The notes under the pieces: model-generated
What the model saw: only the letters and a program-made list of their open reading frames with translations
Database searches by the model: none
Told to the model about the DNA's origin: nothing
Shown here: piece after piece, positions 25,240 through 38,500 of the stretch
Layout of the letters: every line of letters starts with the position of its first letter
Numbering within the stretch: the first letter of the stretch is position 1
Position numbers and translations under genes: made by a program
Source: Negaprion brevirostris
Lineage: Eukaryota
Direction: 5' to 3'
DNA length: 64,000 bases
Assembly (NCBI GenBank): GCA_030324005.1
Contig: JARDVH010000130.1
Span: forward strand, 40,891,223 to 40,955,222

Positions 25240-26264
25240 ACAGATTACAATTTTCCAGTTTTATTGTACATTGGAGGCTAAATTTTTACATCAGAGAAAT
25301 GCCCAACTGCAATATTTATTTCACATTCCCATCTTTCCATGTGTATTTTACACACAATTACCACTACATACTAGACTCCTTCTTCAACGCTCACCTTCAC
25401 AATACATACGCGAACCATCTTACAATGCAACATTTTTTCCATATTACAATGCCAGCAACTGTTTAAACCTTACAGCCACTTGCACGCCGTCTCAAACTAT
25501 TGCATCATGGCTGATTGCTTATTACTTCTCACTAATCAGCTTTTACCCCCTTCAATTCCATTATAAACTCATTCTTCTCTACCTTTCTGCAACTTCCTAT
25601 TATCCATCAAAACCAACTTTCTTGGCAATTCTCTCAGTAGTTAGGAGCACAAAACACTTTTTACATGCTTACATTAACAAAAATTTTGTGCAAAATCAGC
25701 AGGTGAATGGTCAAAACAATCAGGGGAATGGCTCAAAGATTGAATTGCATGACACCTAAAAATTGACTTGACAAAATTTTTGCTGATCTTAAAAAAGCAT
25801 ATAATCAAAAAGTACTTATATCTGAATTGCAAAGTAGATTTTCCTCTACATATTACTATGGATCTCATTTCCCTGGTTAATTAAAAAAACAGAAGTCTTA
25901 TAAACAGCACAGAAATAATAACTTGAAAATGCTTGCAGGGAATATGGATAACATAAGGGAATGTACAAAAATATTGATAAGACAGTAAATGCCATTGACA
26001 AAAATGCAACAAATTGAGGCTTTCAGACCTTATTCTGCTGCAGTGAATAACCCAGTAATTTAAAAAACACTACTGGATTACTACCACTTTGCAGAAGAGC
26101 CAAAGTAGCCCAGCGATGCTGACTTCATTTAATAGCTGCCATAAAACACATATATATATAAACACAAAACAAGATTAGCAATTTAATCCTGCTGCTACAC
26201 CACAGTACAAACACTGTACAGAAGTATAAATAGAGTCCTTTTCCTGAGCCAGAAACCTGAGTGC
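25240..26264 (-). other. NET1: 3' UTR of the NET1-like gene
   Basis: AT-rich, repeat-free ~1 kb between the stop codon and the poly(A) signal. Confidence 0.6.
25260..25265 (-). terminator. polyadenylation signal AATAAA
   Basis: Minus strand reads TGTACAATAAAA, with an upstream UGUA and a downstream GT/T-rich tract; a second AATAAA lies at 25315-25320. Confidence 0.65.
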
Positions 26265-26705
26265 TCACACTAATGTTTCTGTTCTCGTTGTCATTTGTTC
26301 TTCTTGCTCGACTGTTTTGAAGCTTTGTTTCAATAAGAAATCGCACTGCTCGACTGTTTCTTCACCCTCTATGCTGGTTCTTGGGCTGCTCGTTTCAGAT
26401 TCACTTGTGTCCATATTGGAGCCTGTTTCTGACTGACTATCTGTCATTTCTGCACCTTCAAAGGGGACTGGTGACTGCCGTTCCTCTGCGAGCTCTGCAG
26501 GCTGGGGTGAGCTTTGCTCAGCTTCTTCGTGCAACTCAAAGAGCTCCTTATGGTCTGTTGAACACGGTGATGTCTGGTAGAGACACATTGCATTTCGTAG
26601 ACAATTCATCCACTGTTGTTTGNNNNNNNNNNTCATTGGCCTGGAGTGTGTGCGATGACTGCCCTTGCACTGTATGTCGGAAACGAACTTTGAAGATGTT
26701 TTTAG
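26265..26705 (-). CDS. NET1: NET1-like RhoGEF last coding exon (end of PH, C-terminal PDZ-binding motif)
   Basis: ttatag|CTAAAAAC; AKNIFKVRFRHTVQGQSSHTLQAND-(10 N gap)-KQQWMNCLRNA...RTETLV*; ETLV matches the NET1 C-terminus. Confidence 0.93.
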   Translation of the reverse strand, partial: LKTSSKFVSDIQCKGSHRTHSRPMXXXXKQQWMNCLRNAMCLYQTSPCSTDHKELFELHEEAEQSSPQPAELAEERQSPVPFEGAEMTDSQSETGSNMDTSESETSSPRTSIEGEETVEQCDFLLKQSFKTVEQEEQMTTRTETLV

Positions 26706-26942
26706 CTATAAATAAAGAACATAACAAATAAGAATAGCTATGGTGAAATTCTAATTCAATAATTTTTACACTATAATCTAAGAACGTGAAGAAAGCTCAG
26801 ATATCCAAGTCCACCTATTTAAGAGGCGTTTATGCTATAGGCATTGCAACAATAAAACAAAAATCTTGAGTATATGTCACACGCTGAACTAAAAGTAACA
26901 AGAGCAACACTGAAAAAGATTGAGATTGTCTTGGAATAATCA

Positions 26943-27243
26943 ATCATCATAGAACCTACAGTGCAGAGGAAGGAGGCCATTTGGCCCATCAAGCCTGCAC
27001 TGACAACAATCCTACCCAGGTCCCATCCTATTAACCTCACATATTTACAGTCCTAATCCCCTTGACACCAAGGGGCAATTTACCATGGCCAATCAACCTA
27101 ACCTGCACATTTTCAGAACGTGGGAGGAAACCAGAGTGCCGGGAGGAAACCCAGGCTGACGTAGGGAAAATGTCACCGAGGTCAGAATTGAACTTGGGTC
27201 CCTGGCACTGTGGAGCAACAGAGCTAACCACTGTGCCACCCCA
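26943..27243 (-). mobile_element. HE1-type SINE (CR1 tail), intronic
   Basis: Tail, core and head present. Confidence 0.85.
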
Positions 27244-27381
27244 CATTAATTGACATGCTGCTAATGCAAATTATTGCCCCTCTTTTTTTTAGGCATTAAA
27301 CAAAGCACAAGGTAATTCACAGCTATAATTGGCAATTCATCTAGTTTCCAGAGCTGTCGCTCCATATGATCCCTGGCTTAC

Positions 27382-27568
27382 CTTTGTCAGAATTGCCGAA
27401 GGCACCTCTGAAGGAACCTCCCATTTTCGTATCACCATCCTGAAGATCTTCTACTAGAAGATCTTTCACTGGGATTGGCTGACGGTATACTTGGTAACAC
27501 TGGCGGTCATTACGGGACACAGGACGAGTCAGCACCAGGATTTCTTGGAACAGAAAGACATACAGCTT
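27382..27568 (-). CDS. NET1: NET1-like RhoGEF exon (PH)
   Basis: ttccag|AAG...AAAG|gtaagc, 187 nt; KLYVFLFQEILVLTRPVSRNDRQCYQVYRQPIPVKDLLVEDLQDGDTKMGGSFRGAFGNSDK. Confidence 0.96.
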
Positions 27569-27677
27569 CTGGAAAGATAAAAAAGACAAAAAAAATTAAA
27601 CTTTTAATGTCCCCAGTTAGCAGGACTCAAATGCATGAAAACACAGGTCCATTGACGGCAAGGAACGACAAACCCAC

Positions 27678-27848
27678 CGTTCCTCGGTTGTTTCTCAGCT
27701 CTCCATGGCAAAGCAGCACTTTGCTGCTTTCAATTCGAGCATCCTTCTGTCTCTCATCCAGGTAGTCCAGCTTGTCAATGTAGTACTGACAGTCAGATTC
27801 TCCTTTTTTCACATTGATGTCCGAGAGGACTCCTTGAATAATGGTAAT
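27678..27848 (-). CDS. NET1: NET1-like RhoGEF exon (end of DH, start of PH)
   Basis: ttatag|ATT...ACG|gtgggt, 171 nt; ITIIQGVLSDINVKKGESDCQYYIDKLDYLDERQKDARIESSKVLLCHGELRNNRGT. Confidence 0.96.
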
Positions 27849-28683
27849 CTATAAAGTAATATCTGGAGATCAGCAATTGCAACAAACTGTACACTAATAG
27901 TTATAAAATACTCTCTGTAAGCTGAGTGGCTACACAGCAATTCAAAAGACCTGCAAAAGGTTTTGCATTAGTTGGCCCGATTGAGCTCCTGCATTTGCTG
28001 TGAGGGGCTGTGCACTTAAAGCCTATGATATGGTAAAAGGGTGGGTGAACTAATGTATGGAAACATTTAATAAAAAAATCTATTGAAAAGATAAACAAGA
28101 TTCTGGATTTTATATATGGGGCACTGAATGCAAATCTAGTAATTCAATGATGAGGAATTATATTGTAGCAATGACAAACACACAAAAAAATTCACCAACT
28201 CAAGTAAGGGGCTCGAGTTGAAAGCTCAAAGGGGCATTTTTCAACAGATTTAAAGCGGACCTCAATGATTTTCTGAACAATTAAAAGCTTTCAGACAGTA
28301 AATAAATGGTGAAAATTTTCTTCCCAATTGTCAGAAAATTGGTAATAAAAGACCATAAACAGGGTAATTACTCGAAAAAGAGAGAAATGAGAAATTTACT
28401 AGTGTTGCAAGGGACACCCAAATGGCCACTGGAAGAAATTAATATATTCTTTAAAACCAAATTAAAATTTATATTTCATACTTTTCCTGAGTTTTAATGT
28501 TACTTTTGTTTTTTTAAAGAGTCAGTGAAGAGTTAGTATTGATACATGAATAATAGACTAAATAGTCTCCTTCAATGTAATTTCTATAATTCAATCTGCA
28601 AAACATGGTGGTGTGTTGCCTCTTGTTAAAGAAATATTAACCCTCCCAGCAATAACATAGTTACATCCAGCACAGAAACTTAC

Positions 28684-28941
28684 TGCATTTTCCAGGTTCT
28701 TTTGGTCCAAGTGATCAGTTGGCGTATGTCGCAAGATTTCCTTTAACAGCAAGGGGTACTTGACCAACCGGCTGCGAGGAATATCCAGGAAGCTCCAAAG
28801 GTCTAACTTCCTGCTGAAAGGGGATTCTAGGCAACGCTGAAGGAAATCCTGCACTCGCTTGTCCTGCTTCTTTTGATCCAAGAGTGCTTTTGCTGCCAGT
28901 TGATTGCTGCAATATTCCTTGTATTCATCAAGTCGCGGTAA
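28684..28941 (-). CDS. NET1: NET1-like RhoGEF exon (DH)
   Basis: ctccag|TTA...GCA|gtaagt, 258 nt; LPRLDEYKEYCSNQLAAKALLDQKKQD...SRKLDLWSFLDIPRSRLVKYPLLLKEILRHTP...LENA. Confidence 0.97.
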
Positions 28942-29754
28942 CTGGAGATACAAAATATACTCGAGCGTCAGGAACAGTTTTGGAATGGATTGATGCACTG
29001 AAGTTGATTTGTGTTACTTTTGAAGAACTTAAAAAAAATTCTAATTAAAATTGTTCTTGAAGCAACTATTTCAATTAAATCATGGGCCATAATATTCTAG
29101 ATAATTGGAACTAGGCAGTTCAAACTGCAGAAAAAGTTGCCCAAGCTATTGATGCATTTCACGCAATGTGACATCTATCATCCCACAGAAATGGCTTTCT
29201 GATATGAAGATTGATGTGAAGCTTTGTCCATTTAACAATAATGATTGTTTCCTTTTGTATCCAGATTTAGACACTAAAATAAGTAAAGTACGGCAGATAA
29301 TGGAATCTGAAAAAAAAACCTCAAACAGGTCCACCCGAGAAAACAGAGATTCTCCATTTTTTCTTGATGGATGTTGGTAGACCTATCGAGTTTTAGTAGA
29401 TATTTAGACATGCTGGTTGGGGTAACTTGACTCCGTTGGTGTACCTTCTGATAAATGGCACCAAGAAAACTGAAAATCTCTTCAACAATGGCTGTTTGTT
29501 TCAGGACTATCCTATACATTGACCAAGGTCAGCTTTTGCTGCATAAGTAAACAGATTGGAAGATGGCACAAAGATCCTCTCTTGTTAATTAATCTGGTGG
29601 CAAATGCTCTGGTTTATATTGGTAAACGTACCTACATCACAGTAATGTAATGTCATTAGGTAATTTGATGATGGAAAGTATTAAGCTATGAGCCATTGTT
29701 TAACTAGAAAATCTGAAGTTTTACTTCTAATGGAATGCTTTCAAAACAACTTAC

Positions 29755-29831
29755 CCAGCTAACAAGAATTTGACCAATTTGCTCCACAGTTCCATCTTGT
29801 TTTGTAGCTTTTGCGAGCTTACTCAGCAGAT
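29755..29831 (-). CDS. NET1: NET1-like RhoGEF exon (DH)
   Basis: ttccag|AT...TGG|gtaagt, 77 nt; DLLSKLAKATKQDGTVEQIGQILVSW; phase matches the preceding exon. Confidence 0.95.
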
Positions 29832-30216
29832 CTGGAAGAAAACAAATACATTGAACTGGCTGTCAGCAGCATCAATCATTAACTGGAGGTCAATATGAAA
29901 ACCTCAGACCCAAGTAAAAAGAAATCCAATATTTCAGCATTTTCAGACTACTTGTGTAATTAATTTCAAAACAACTGGATTGGAAGTCAACACATCACAA
30001 AAAGCCACTTGATATTTGAGGCAGAATAAAACTATTTGGGAGTAAAACAGCAATGTTAATTGGGAGTTGCAGTTCTAAACATAGTGAGTTCCTTTACTTA
30101 TCATTGTTCATTGCCAAAGAGTTAATTTGACTTGTTATCCTTCAAATGGACAAGTGATGTTATTAACATGATCAACTCTTCCACATTATACTTTTTTTAA
30201 ATAAAGAGATATTCAC

Positions 30217-30313
30217 CTTCATGCAAGGGAATGTAAGAATCAAGAGCTCCAAATATCTGTGTCAGTTCTTCTTCTGTCATAATGGATAACTTCAGCATCG
30301 GATCATGATAAGC
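30217..30313 (-). CDS. NET1: NET1-like RhoGEF exon (DH)
   Basis: ctgcag|GCT...GAAG|gtgaat, 97 nt; AYHDPMLKLSIMTEEELTQIFGALDSYIPLHE. Confidence 0.95.
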
Positions 30314-30709
30314 CTGCAGACAACAGACGTGGCAGCAGAGTGTTAACACAATACTTGCTCATAAGTTATGACCAACAAAAGCTGTTATCAATCTGAATGT
30401 TCATACTACCAGATCACTGGCACATCTGATTTTAGACATTACTACAATATAACTTAGCATTTATTGCACAATTCACTTGTAGGAACATTTTTATAAAGTA
30501 ATTTTATTATAATCAGCCTCTTAAGCTAGTAAACCCTTATACCAAATGGAGAGGGTTTATACTTCTATCAACATAACTACTTTACAGCTATTACCAGTAT
30601 TCATTTAATAAATATTTCAACAACTTGCTACTATTTCTAAATGACTAAGGTCCAATTTAAATTTATTTGCAAGGAAACATGTATTACATAGCTTCACTAG
30701 AACACTGAC

Positions 30710-30772
30710 CTTTCTTGCTAATTTTAAGTCTTCGATTAAATCTTGCTCCCCTCGAAACAGCTCAAATATAGC
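30710..30772 (-). CDS. NET1: NET1-like RhoGEF exon (start of DH domain)
   Basis: ttccag|GCT...AAG|gtcagt, 63 nt; AIFELFRGEQDLIEDLKLARK. Confidence 0.95.
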
Positions 30773-31404
30773 CTGGAAAACAAAGAAAGCAACTTTGAAT
30801 GGTATGTACTTGGCACAAAGCAACCAAGCAAAGAAAGGCACGTTATCACGACTACCTAAAAATAAACTAATTTTACTCTCCCAAGATTTTTCCCTGAAAG
30901 TTTTAAATTTAGCTGTGCCCATTTTTGTTAAATTTAAAAGGTAAAAAAGACTACAATGTTCATTGTGTGAGGGAGCAGCTGGTCAAATTTAACATGTACT
31001 TGTGTGCAGGATTAACATGTAGAGACAATTCTGAGAGCTTGATGTTATGTCTACATAGATATCAATGTAAGTTAACTGCGCAAGAAAAACAAACAGTTCT
31101 GTGGATTTTGGAACAAATAACAGCACTGGCAAGCCAAATTAAATAAGTGGCTGATCTAAAATGGTTAAATAGAGTATTCACAATTCTCTAAATAACACAA
31201 ACATCATGGAAAAAATATCCTCCAGATTGAGGTGGAAGTATTATTAGTTCAACTTTCTTAAAAAAGAACTTTAATTTCATCTTAATTATCCTTCCATCAG
31301 ACATTTCTGTTCAAAATAATTCTGAATTTCACTAGACATATTTTGTCCTTATACAAAAATAAAAAGTGCTTTGAAAGCTATTTTCCATCACATGTACTAC
31401 ATAC

Positions 31405-31575
31405 CTCTTGTCGTTTAATTTCCTTTGAAGAAAAATTCTGCTTTGTCCTCACATCAAGGGTCTCTGACCACAGTTTGCTGTTGCGCCTTTTAGGTGGGGT
31501 TGGGGCTGAGGTTTTACTGCACAGCTTTTGTGAGCAACTTGGAGATTTGTTGTCAATCCGGAATGTGATGGATCT
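31405..31575 (-). CDS. NET1: NET1-like RhoGEF exon (pre-DH region)
   Basis: ctgcag|AGATCC...CAAGAG|gtatgt, 171 nt; RSITFRIDNKSPSCSQKLCSKTSAPTPPKRRNSKLWSETLDVRTKQNFSSKEIKRQE. Confidence 0.92.
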
Positions 31576-32077
31576 CTGCAGATACCAAAATCAAGATGGT
31601 TAGCATTCCAAATTCGCACAGCATTAAAGCACTAAATTTAGCAGGTTTGAAAAGTGCTTATTCACTGCAACTCATTACCCTGAATCAAAAATCAAAATCA
31701 AAAAATGTTCTTTATGGAGTAGTTGCTTTGAAACTGTATATCTAGGATTTCATGGCTGGGACACCAACAACAGCACCAAGTGATAGAAAGGCTCTGCCAA
31801 GATGATAGCAATACATACGCACATGGATAGACTAATTCATAGTTGTTTTTGGAGGAAAGATAATAAAACAAAGAAAATAACATTCAAAAGCTCTCTCCAA
31901 ATCTACACAACAAAACGATAAAGATGTTCTCAAAACCAAACATGTAACAGATGTGTGTGTAGGGCTCAGCCATATTGCATGGAATACCTGTGGCCCTTTT
32001 TGGTATAGAATTGCATCTATATGAAGTCAACGTTTTGAATTTTAGCTAGTGACANNNNNNNNNNNNNNNNNNNNNNN

Positions 32078-32385
32078 GGAGCAACCCTTAGTTGAAGCGT
32101 CAGTTACAAAGGGACACAAGTTAAAAGTGAAGGGGGAGAGGTGTAGGGCTGATGTGAGGAAAAGCTTTTTGACCCAGGACATTGGTGATGGTCTGGAATG
32201 CGCTGCCTGGGAGGGTGATGCCTCATATCCTTTAAAAAGTACCTGGATGAGTATTTGGCATGCCATAACACTGAAGGCTGTGGGCCAAGTGTTGGCAAGT
32301 GGGATTAGGTGGACAGGTCTGGACCTTTCAAGCATCGGTGTGGAGTCGATGGGCTGAAGGGCCTCTTCTTCACTGTAATATTCTG
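32078..32385 (+). mobile_element. CR1 LINE 3' end
   Basis: TKGHKLKVKGERCRADVRKSFLTQ followed by a GATGGGCTGAAGGGCC tail. Confidence 0.85.
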
Positions 32386-32434
32386 TAAAAGTGCAGTGAA
32401 CCTGTACGATAGGGTCTTGCCCCCATGGCTCAGT

Positions 32435-32720
32435 TGCACAGTGGCACAGTAGTAGGACTGCTGCCTCTCAGCACCAGGGACGCAGGTTCAATTCCTGGAT
32501 TGGGTCCCTGTCTATGCAGAGTCTGCATGTCCTTTCCATGGGTGTCTACGTGGTGTCCTCCAGGTGCTCTGGTTTCCTCCCACTGTCCAAAAGACATACT
32601 GGCCATGCTAAATTCTCCCTCAGTGTACCCAAACAGGCGCTAGAGTGTGGTGAAAAGAGGGTTTTCACAGTAACTTCACTGCAGTGTTAATGTAAGCCTA
32701 CTTGTGACTAATAAATAAAG
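32435..32720 (+). mobile_element. HE1-like SINE (alternative tail)
   Basis: Full-length copy. Confidence 0.88.
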
Positions 32721-33631
32721 TCCTGTGACAGAGACTATGGGGTGAATTTTAATCCACAATTTGTGTGAGAACTAATTTTTTAAAAAACCTCAAATGCAAT
32801 CTCAATAGCCCATCTTCCTGGTCCGTCCCTGAACAGATTATGTGTGATCAGTAACTGCACTACCACCAGTGGTCGGAGGTACCCTCCCTCTCTTGTAGCC
32901 TCAGTGCTCTCACCTGACTGGAACCCAAGCTTAGCACTCAAGCTGACTTCTGGCCAGAGATCCTGGTGTTGTATACTATGGAGTTAAACTCCAGAGCTGA
33001 CGAAGAGACAATGCTCCCTTCCACCCATCGATTTTTGAGACCTATGAAGTTGAGCTAATTGAACTCAGCTTTTAGGGATGGGTAATACATGTTCACCTCG
33101 CCAGGGACACCATATCCCACAAATAAAAAACAGGTGGAGCAGTACTTGAGGTGCAACAATTGGTACAAATACCCGTGACTAAGGCAGTTGAACATTAGCT
33201 ATACTGTTTGTTGCTGCAAAATGCACATTTGTGCATGTCGAACAATGACTCATTTAAGCTCAACTACGTACCCCGAGGATTAATGTTATGATGGCCATGA
33301 AGGCCACAGGGAATCATTGATAGATCTTCCCATGGGCTTCGGAGTATAAGTTCCCTTATTGAACAGGCAGAGACTTGTCCAATAGGAAGCATTCAGTGGG
33401 GGCTTTTAAACCCGTTCTTCACCATGGCAGTGTTGGAAGTCCCAAGGTGTTGTGCTACTTGGCTGTGAGCCGCAGGAGTGGTTTCTTGATACATAATAAA
33501 GGGTGCTTGGTGATGGGAAACTGGCATTTGGCTGAAGTATTACTGACTAGTTTGCCAAAACTCACTGTCTGGACTCACATCTGCATATCAAATCACTTAG
33601 GATGCTGGCCCCTGTAGACCAGTAAAAAGTC

Positions 33632-33760
33632 TGACAACACCAGGTTTAAGTCCAACCGATTTATTTGATAGTACACTCACTAGCTTTCGGGGTTAGTCCC
33701 TTTGTCACCTAGTGAGTGTACTATCAAATAAATCGGTTGGTCTTAAACCTGGTGTTGTCA
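33632..33760. repeat. near-perfect 52-bp inverted repeat, Penelope-like-derived, with hammerhead-like loop
   Basis: Arms 33632-33683 and 33709-33760 match 51/52; the 25-nt loop reads TGACAA-A-GGG-ACTAAC-CCC-GAAA-GCTA on the minus strand. Confidence 0.85.
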
Positions 33761-35384
33761 TCAATTAGAGGGCTGCTTCCAGATTGATCTCTACTTCTGA
33801 CAAATCCACTGGCTCTTTCTTGCAGATAATCAAAAACTTTGGATCATTGGTGTTAAGATGTCTACCTCACATAGTAATGGACTATACACAGCAGCAGCTG
33901 TTTGGACATTAGACTGACACTGGTGTCTACCTGGATTTTTGTTGTAATGCCAATAAACTCATACAAGCCATTGGGAATGTTGAGTCCTCCTGCCTCTCCT
34001 TAGTTCTCACAGAAACTTCATTGCAGTGTTAATGTAAGCTTTCTTGTGACTAATAAATACACTTTAACTTCAATTATTTAAGTTTTAAAAATAAACATTC
34101 CACAAATATTTTCTGTCATTTTTGGTATTGGATTATGTTTATTTAATCAGAAACCTAGCTGTCAGCTTCTGTCCAGGGATTATTGGCAACATTTAGCTAT
34201 GTAAAAAAGGAAATCAAGGCCCAAGATACAAGCTATCACCCGAATTGCTATTAAATGATTCAGTCAGGCATAGGTGCCACCAGTTTCATCATGGGTACTG
34301 ATTAGCCAAAAAAAAACCTCAAATATCTTAATAAGTTTCATTTGAAACCAGCCACCAGTTGCATAAGACTTTTGCATTAGAATGTAGGACACCATGAAAC
34401 TGACAGAGTGAACATTCGAGTGAAAAGGCAGAACTAAGGAAGTCAAGATTAGGAAGTGCCAAATTCATGAGAATTCCAGGAAGAAGGGAAAAAATTTTAA
34501 CTTAAGGGCTTTACACAGTTTTAACACTGCTTTTAATTCAGCTTCAGTGGTCTGGCATCCATCATCAGCTCCTGTGGTTCATCATGTTAAATTAAATTAT
34601 TTTCTATAGTTTAATGACCAATTCATAGACCAGACTTTACTGGGATCTCAGAGTTTCACTGCTACAGAAGAAAAACTGCAGCATTGAAGGTCAGGAACTA
34701 GTTCTTGGATGCCAGGTTCTGGAATGCAAATCAAAATATCAAAGCAGCTCACAAAAGTGTTGTGGATAAAAAGTGTATGTTTGAGCCAGGGATAGGCATC
34801 CTTCAGGTAGCATTACTTGCATGCAATGGTTCCCCTAATTTACATGCCACTCAATTGTGAGTTGGCATGAATTGGGTATTCTTTTCTCAAGCTGAACATT
34901 ACTGAACAATTAAAAGGCGTGAGAAGAACACATGCCTGAAGTGATCTAGCTCATGTTCCTACAGGAATGCTGAAATACAGCAACAAAACAGACTGTTACT
35001 AGGTGCATAAAAAGTAAACGCAGACGGCTCCAGTGCTTGATTTCTATATTCATGGCAAACCTACTTTTAATGGTTTTCCTATTTAAATTGGGGTCCCAGG
35101 AGAGTTGAAATTAAATTTAGATCTCCAACCAATATACCATTCTGCGCTCCCACCCCTCCCCCCACCACTCTAAAACAAAAGCAGTTGGGATGTCAGAAAC
35201 CCAATGTGATGACTTTAGAAGGAACCAATTTTGGAATATTCAATTGCAAGCAGAAATTCAGTAGCAGGTTAAGAAAAACCATGTTTCCAATGATATAGGG
35301 CTATGGCGGAAGAGCCCACTTTGAGAATGGTTCAAGGGTTATACGGCTGATATGTTGCCACATACACAATTGTGTAAGTGCCAG

Positions 35385-35540
35385 AAAACATACATGGAAA
35401 ATAGAAGCAGGAGTAGGCCATTTGACCCATCAAGTCTGCTCCGCCATAATTATCATGGCTGATCAAATTCAAAAACCTAATTCTACTTTCTCTCCAATAT
35501 CCCGTGATCCCATTAGCCCCATGAACTATATTTAATTCAT
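35385..35540 (-). mobile_element. CR1 3' end fragment
   Basis: ATAGAAGCAGGAGTAGGCCATTTGACCC. Confidence 0.7.
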
Positions 35541-38500
35541 GGAGGACACAACAGAGAATTGATCAGGTAAAAGGGTTTGTGCAAACGCTTGTTGCTATAG
35601 TCAGCAACGGAATAGTGACAGAACCGAGTGTCAAATTAGATTAAGATCAGTTTCTCATTCCCTCACTTCCTGTCATCTCTAACTTAAACTGTGGAACAAA
35701 GGCAGTTGACCACCTCCCCACACCGCCCCCCCTGAAAATGGAGCGCAACATTGAAGTCACCCAACATTTTATATTTCCTAACATACAGTTCAGCACAGAA
35801 TCTCAGGCACTGCACACTGTAGTTACCCCTGCTGATGGAAAGCAAAGTGCCTTTTGTTAGCACCGATAATTGCCATTCACAATTAACATAATATTGGCTC
35901 AGATCTTTTTTGAATTACTGTTTTGCAGGATAAAGGAAAAAGCGGAAGGAAAGAAATATAGAAAACCAAGCAAAATGCTGAAAGTAACAGTTCAGTTCAG
36001 GTCATGTCAAAATTTGGGACAAAAACATTGGGCTTCATTTAAATTTTAAGTTTCTTTTGGATGTTGCTACATTTTTTTCCCCATCATTTTTAGCATAACC
36101 AGTGACTACCTATACAGTGCTCATATAAACAAGCACTTGTACTGATTATTTTTCATCATAATACAATATATACTTTCAAAGTTGACTGCAATGAGAAAAA
36201 ATTATATATCTTAATCTAGTAGATAAATGTTCTGTCCGTACTTGCTACTCATACCTGTACAAATTGCTACAGCACAAACAGCTGGAGTACATTCGAAACA
36301 GCCTAAATTTCAAGCAATCTTTTAAAGCAATAATTCCCTTGGGGCAGAGAAGGCACGACTGAAAGGGAGTGATTGTGGTCTCCCTGCAGCTTTGTTTGTT
36401 TTACAGTACAAAGCAACGGAAAACTTAGTCACTTTGGCAAAAAATATGCTCTTGCCTGCTAAAATAGCTCAGTCCCTCCCCAAAAGTCAACTTGAATCCA
36501 TTGCCGCATCAGCCTGTGGATGGGTTCCTGGATTTCCCATGCCCTTTACCACACCAATTGGTGAGTTGTCAAACAATGCTGGATACAACTGAGAACATTT
36601 TCAGTAATATTAGTTTCTGCACATTTCAAAACTGTACTTGGTGATGTCAATGTGACAATCCCCACTTTTTGACTGTTTGGGTAAGTGAGGTAGGTCAATT
36701 GGGAGCCCGCTCACATGTTGTCATCCCAGAACGTGATCGATAACTAATTTATTAATAAATGGGCAAATACAATGGAAATTTAAAATAAAGAAATTTATTT
36801 GCACATGTAATACGTGTCTTCCTCCTGCAATCATTAAATTCCACATTCTGGTTCTTTAAATACACTTCCCAATTCTTTTATATACTGTTAAGCCTAAAAA
36901 CCTTTTTTTCCTTCCTCATTTTGGATTAAGCTGGTTGATGTGAGCAGTTCCCTAAAAATGACCACCTGCTCTGACCATGCTTCATTCAAACCTTAAAATT
37001 CAAGTCACTTTCAGATTCAATCTCATTAAAAAGATCAATAAACACTTTACTCAGCAAATCAAACACATCACACAAGTGACATCAAGCTTTGCAGAAAGAC
37101 AAATCTATTCAGTACAACTTCTGCAAATTTTTCACCGCAGCTCTCCACAGAAAATGCTCAATTTCAGTGCTATACACAGTGGGATGCTGTTTTGTGTATT
37201 CAATATTTAACATTGATGGATAACCCAAGGTGGCTAGAGTTTTAAGTTGTGGGGGTCTTTCACATCCCAAGGGATCACTTTGTTGTGCAAATTCAAGTGT
37301 TAAACAGCTGCAGCCTTTTATTGCAGACACACAGTTGACACCCATCTTTGGATGGATGCTATAGATAACACAAGGTTATTTGATCCTTGGGACAGACACT
37401 TGCATTACAGATGAATATTACACTATGTGGAGTTACTTTGATGCATACCACTGATTTTACTATAAATACCTATGTTGCTCTAAGTACTTTTATAAAGAAA
37501 AAGGAAATTGTTAAATTAATGAAAAAAAGTCTTAAAAAATCATTAGCCGGGACATTTTTCTTTCATAGAAATGTACACCGAGTTTCCCACAACTTCTAAA
37601 TCCCTTACTTTCACTCTCCTTTTATTAATTTTTTTTCCTCTGATGGGTTAGAAATGTTCCTGACATTTNNNNNNNNNNNNNNNNNNNNNNNNNNNCAGTT
37701 CTCTGGCACAGTTCCTCAATCTTCCTGTCTTCATCCTGCGATCAATCGCCTTTGTGGCAGTTTATAGATTGACTGCTGCTGTTATTGTTAGTGCTTATAA
37801 TCGTGAACTGTCTTAAAATATTATTTCCCATGCACCTAAACATGAGTTTCACTGCACTTTGTAGGCTAGTTAAAAACTCCAAATGGCCTCAAGTTTTCAA
37901 GTTATTCCTTTGATCAAGGCTACGAACTACAACCTTTTCTCGTTGACAATGCTGCTCACCAATTATCAAACATGGGTGCTTAAATGCTGTAGCTTTGTCC
38001 CATCAGAGTAAACTTGCCAGGTTTGTAGTGGCAAGACCGGTTCTTTGACTGAGCGATGGGGGAAGATGCACAGACTGTTCAGCAGCAACATTTACTGGTA
38101 ATTGCTTGAAGTTGACGGTCAATGAAATGTTTAAATAGATTTGGAAAAATTAATAAAAGCAATGGAACAATTATGTCGTTAATTTGAAATGCTAACTTTT
38201 CATGTTAACTGCACAAGCTCACTCTTTGTAATTGTTAATTCCATCTCATGAAAACCACCCACTGAAATTCAAATTAGCAGCAATTTCCAATTCGAGCCAT
38301 CGGTTAAAGACAAGAAACAGGAATTATTCCGACAATGGGTGACAGATCATCTCAAATGGCTTTTCTGTGAGCAGAAAGAATTCAGGAATCAAGATAAATC
38401 TGTTCCTTTTGTTTCCATGATTAAGTGTGAATTCTTTGCACTCTTGACATATTGGACAGCTGTCAAAGTCACAAACCACCTATACATCCAAGCATCAGAG

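Noticed and set aside
25271-25759. 162-aa plus-strand ORF
   Set aside because: Antisense to the 3' UTR, non-ATG start, no recognisable domain
26623-26632. Apparent frameshift in the last coding exon
   Set aside because: It falls in a 10-N placeholder where homology predicts 9 nt; an assembly artefact, not pseudogenisation
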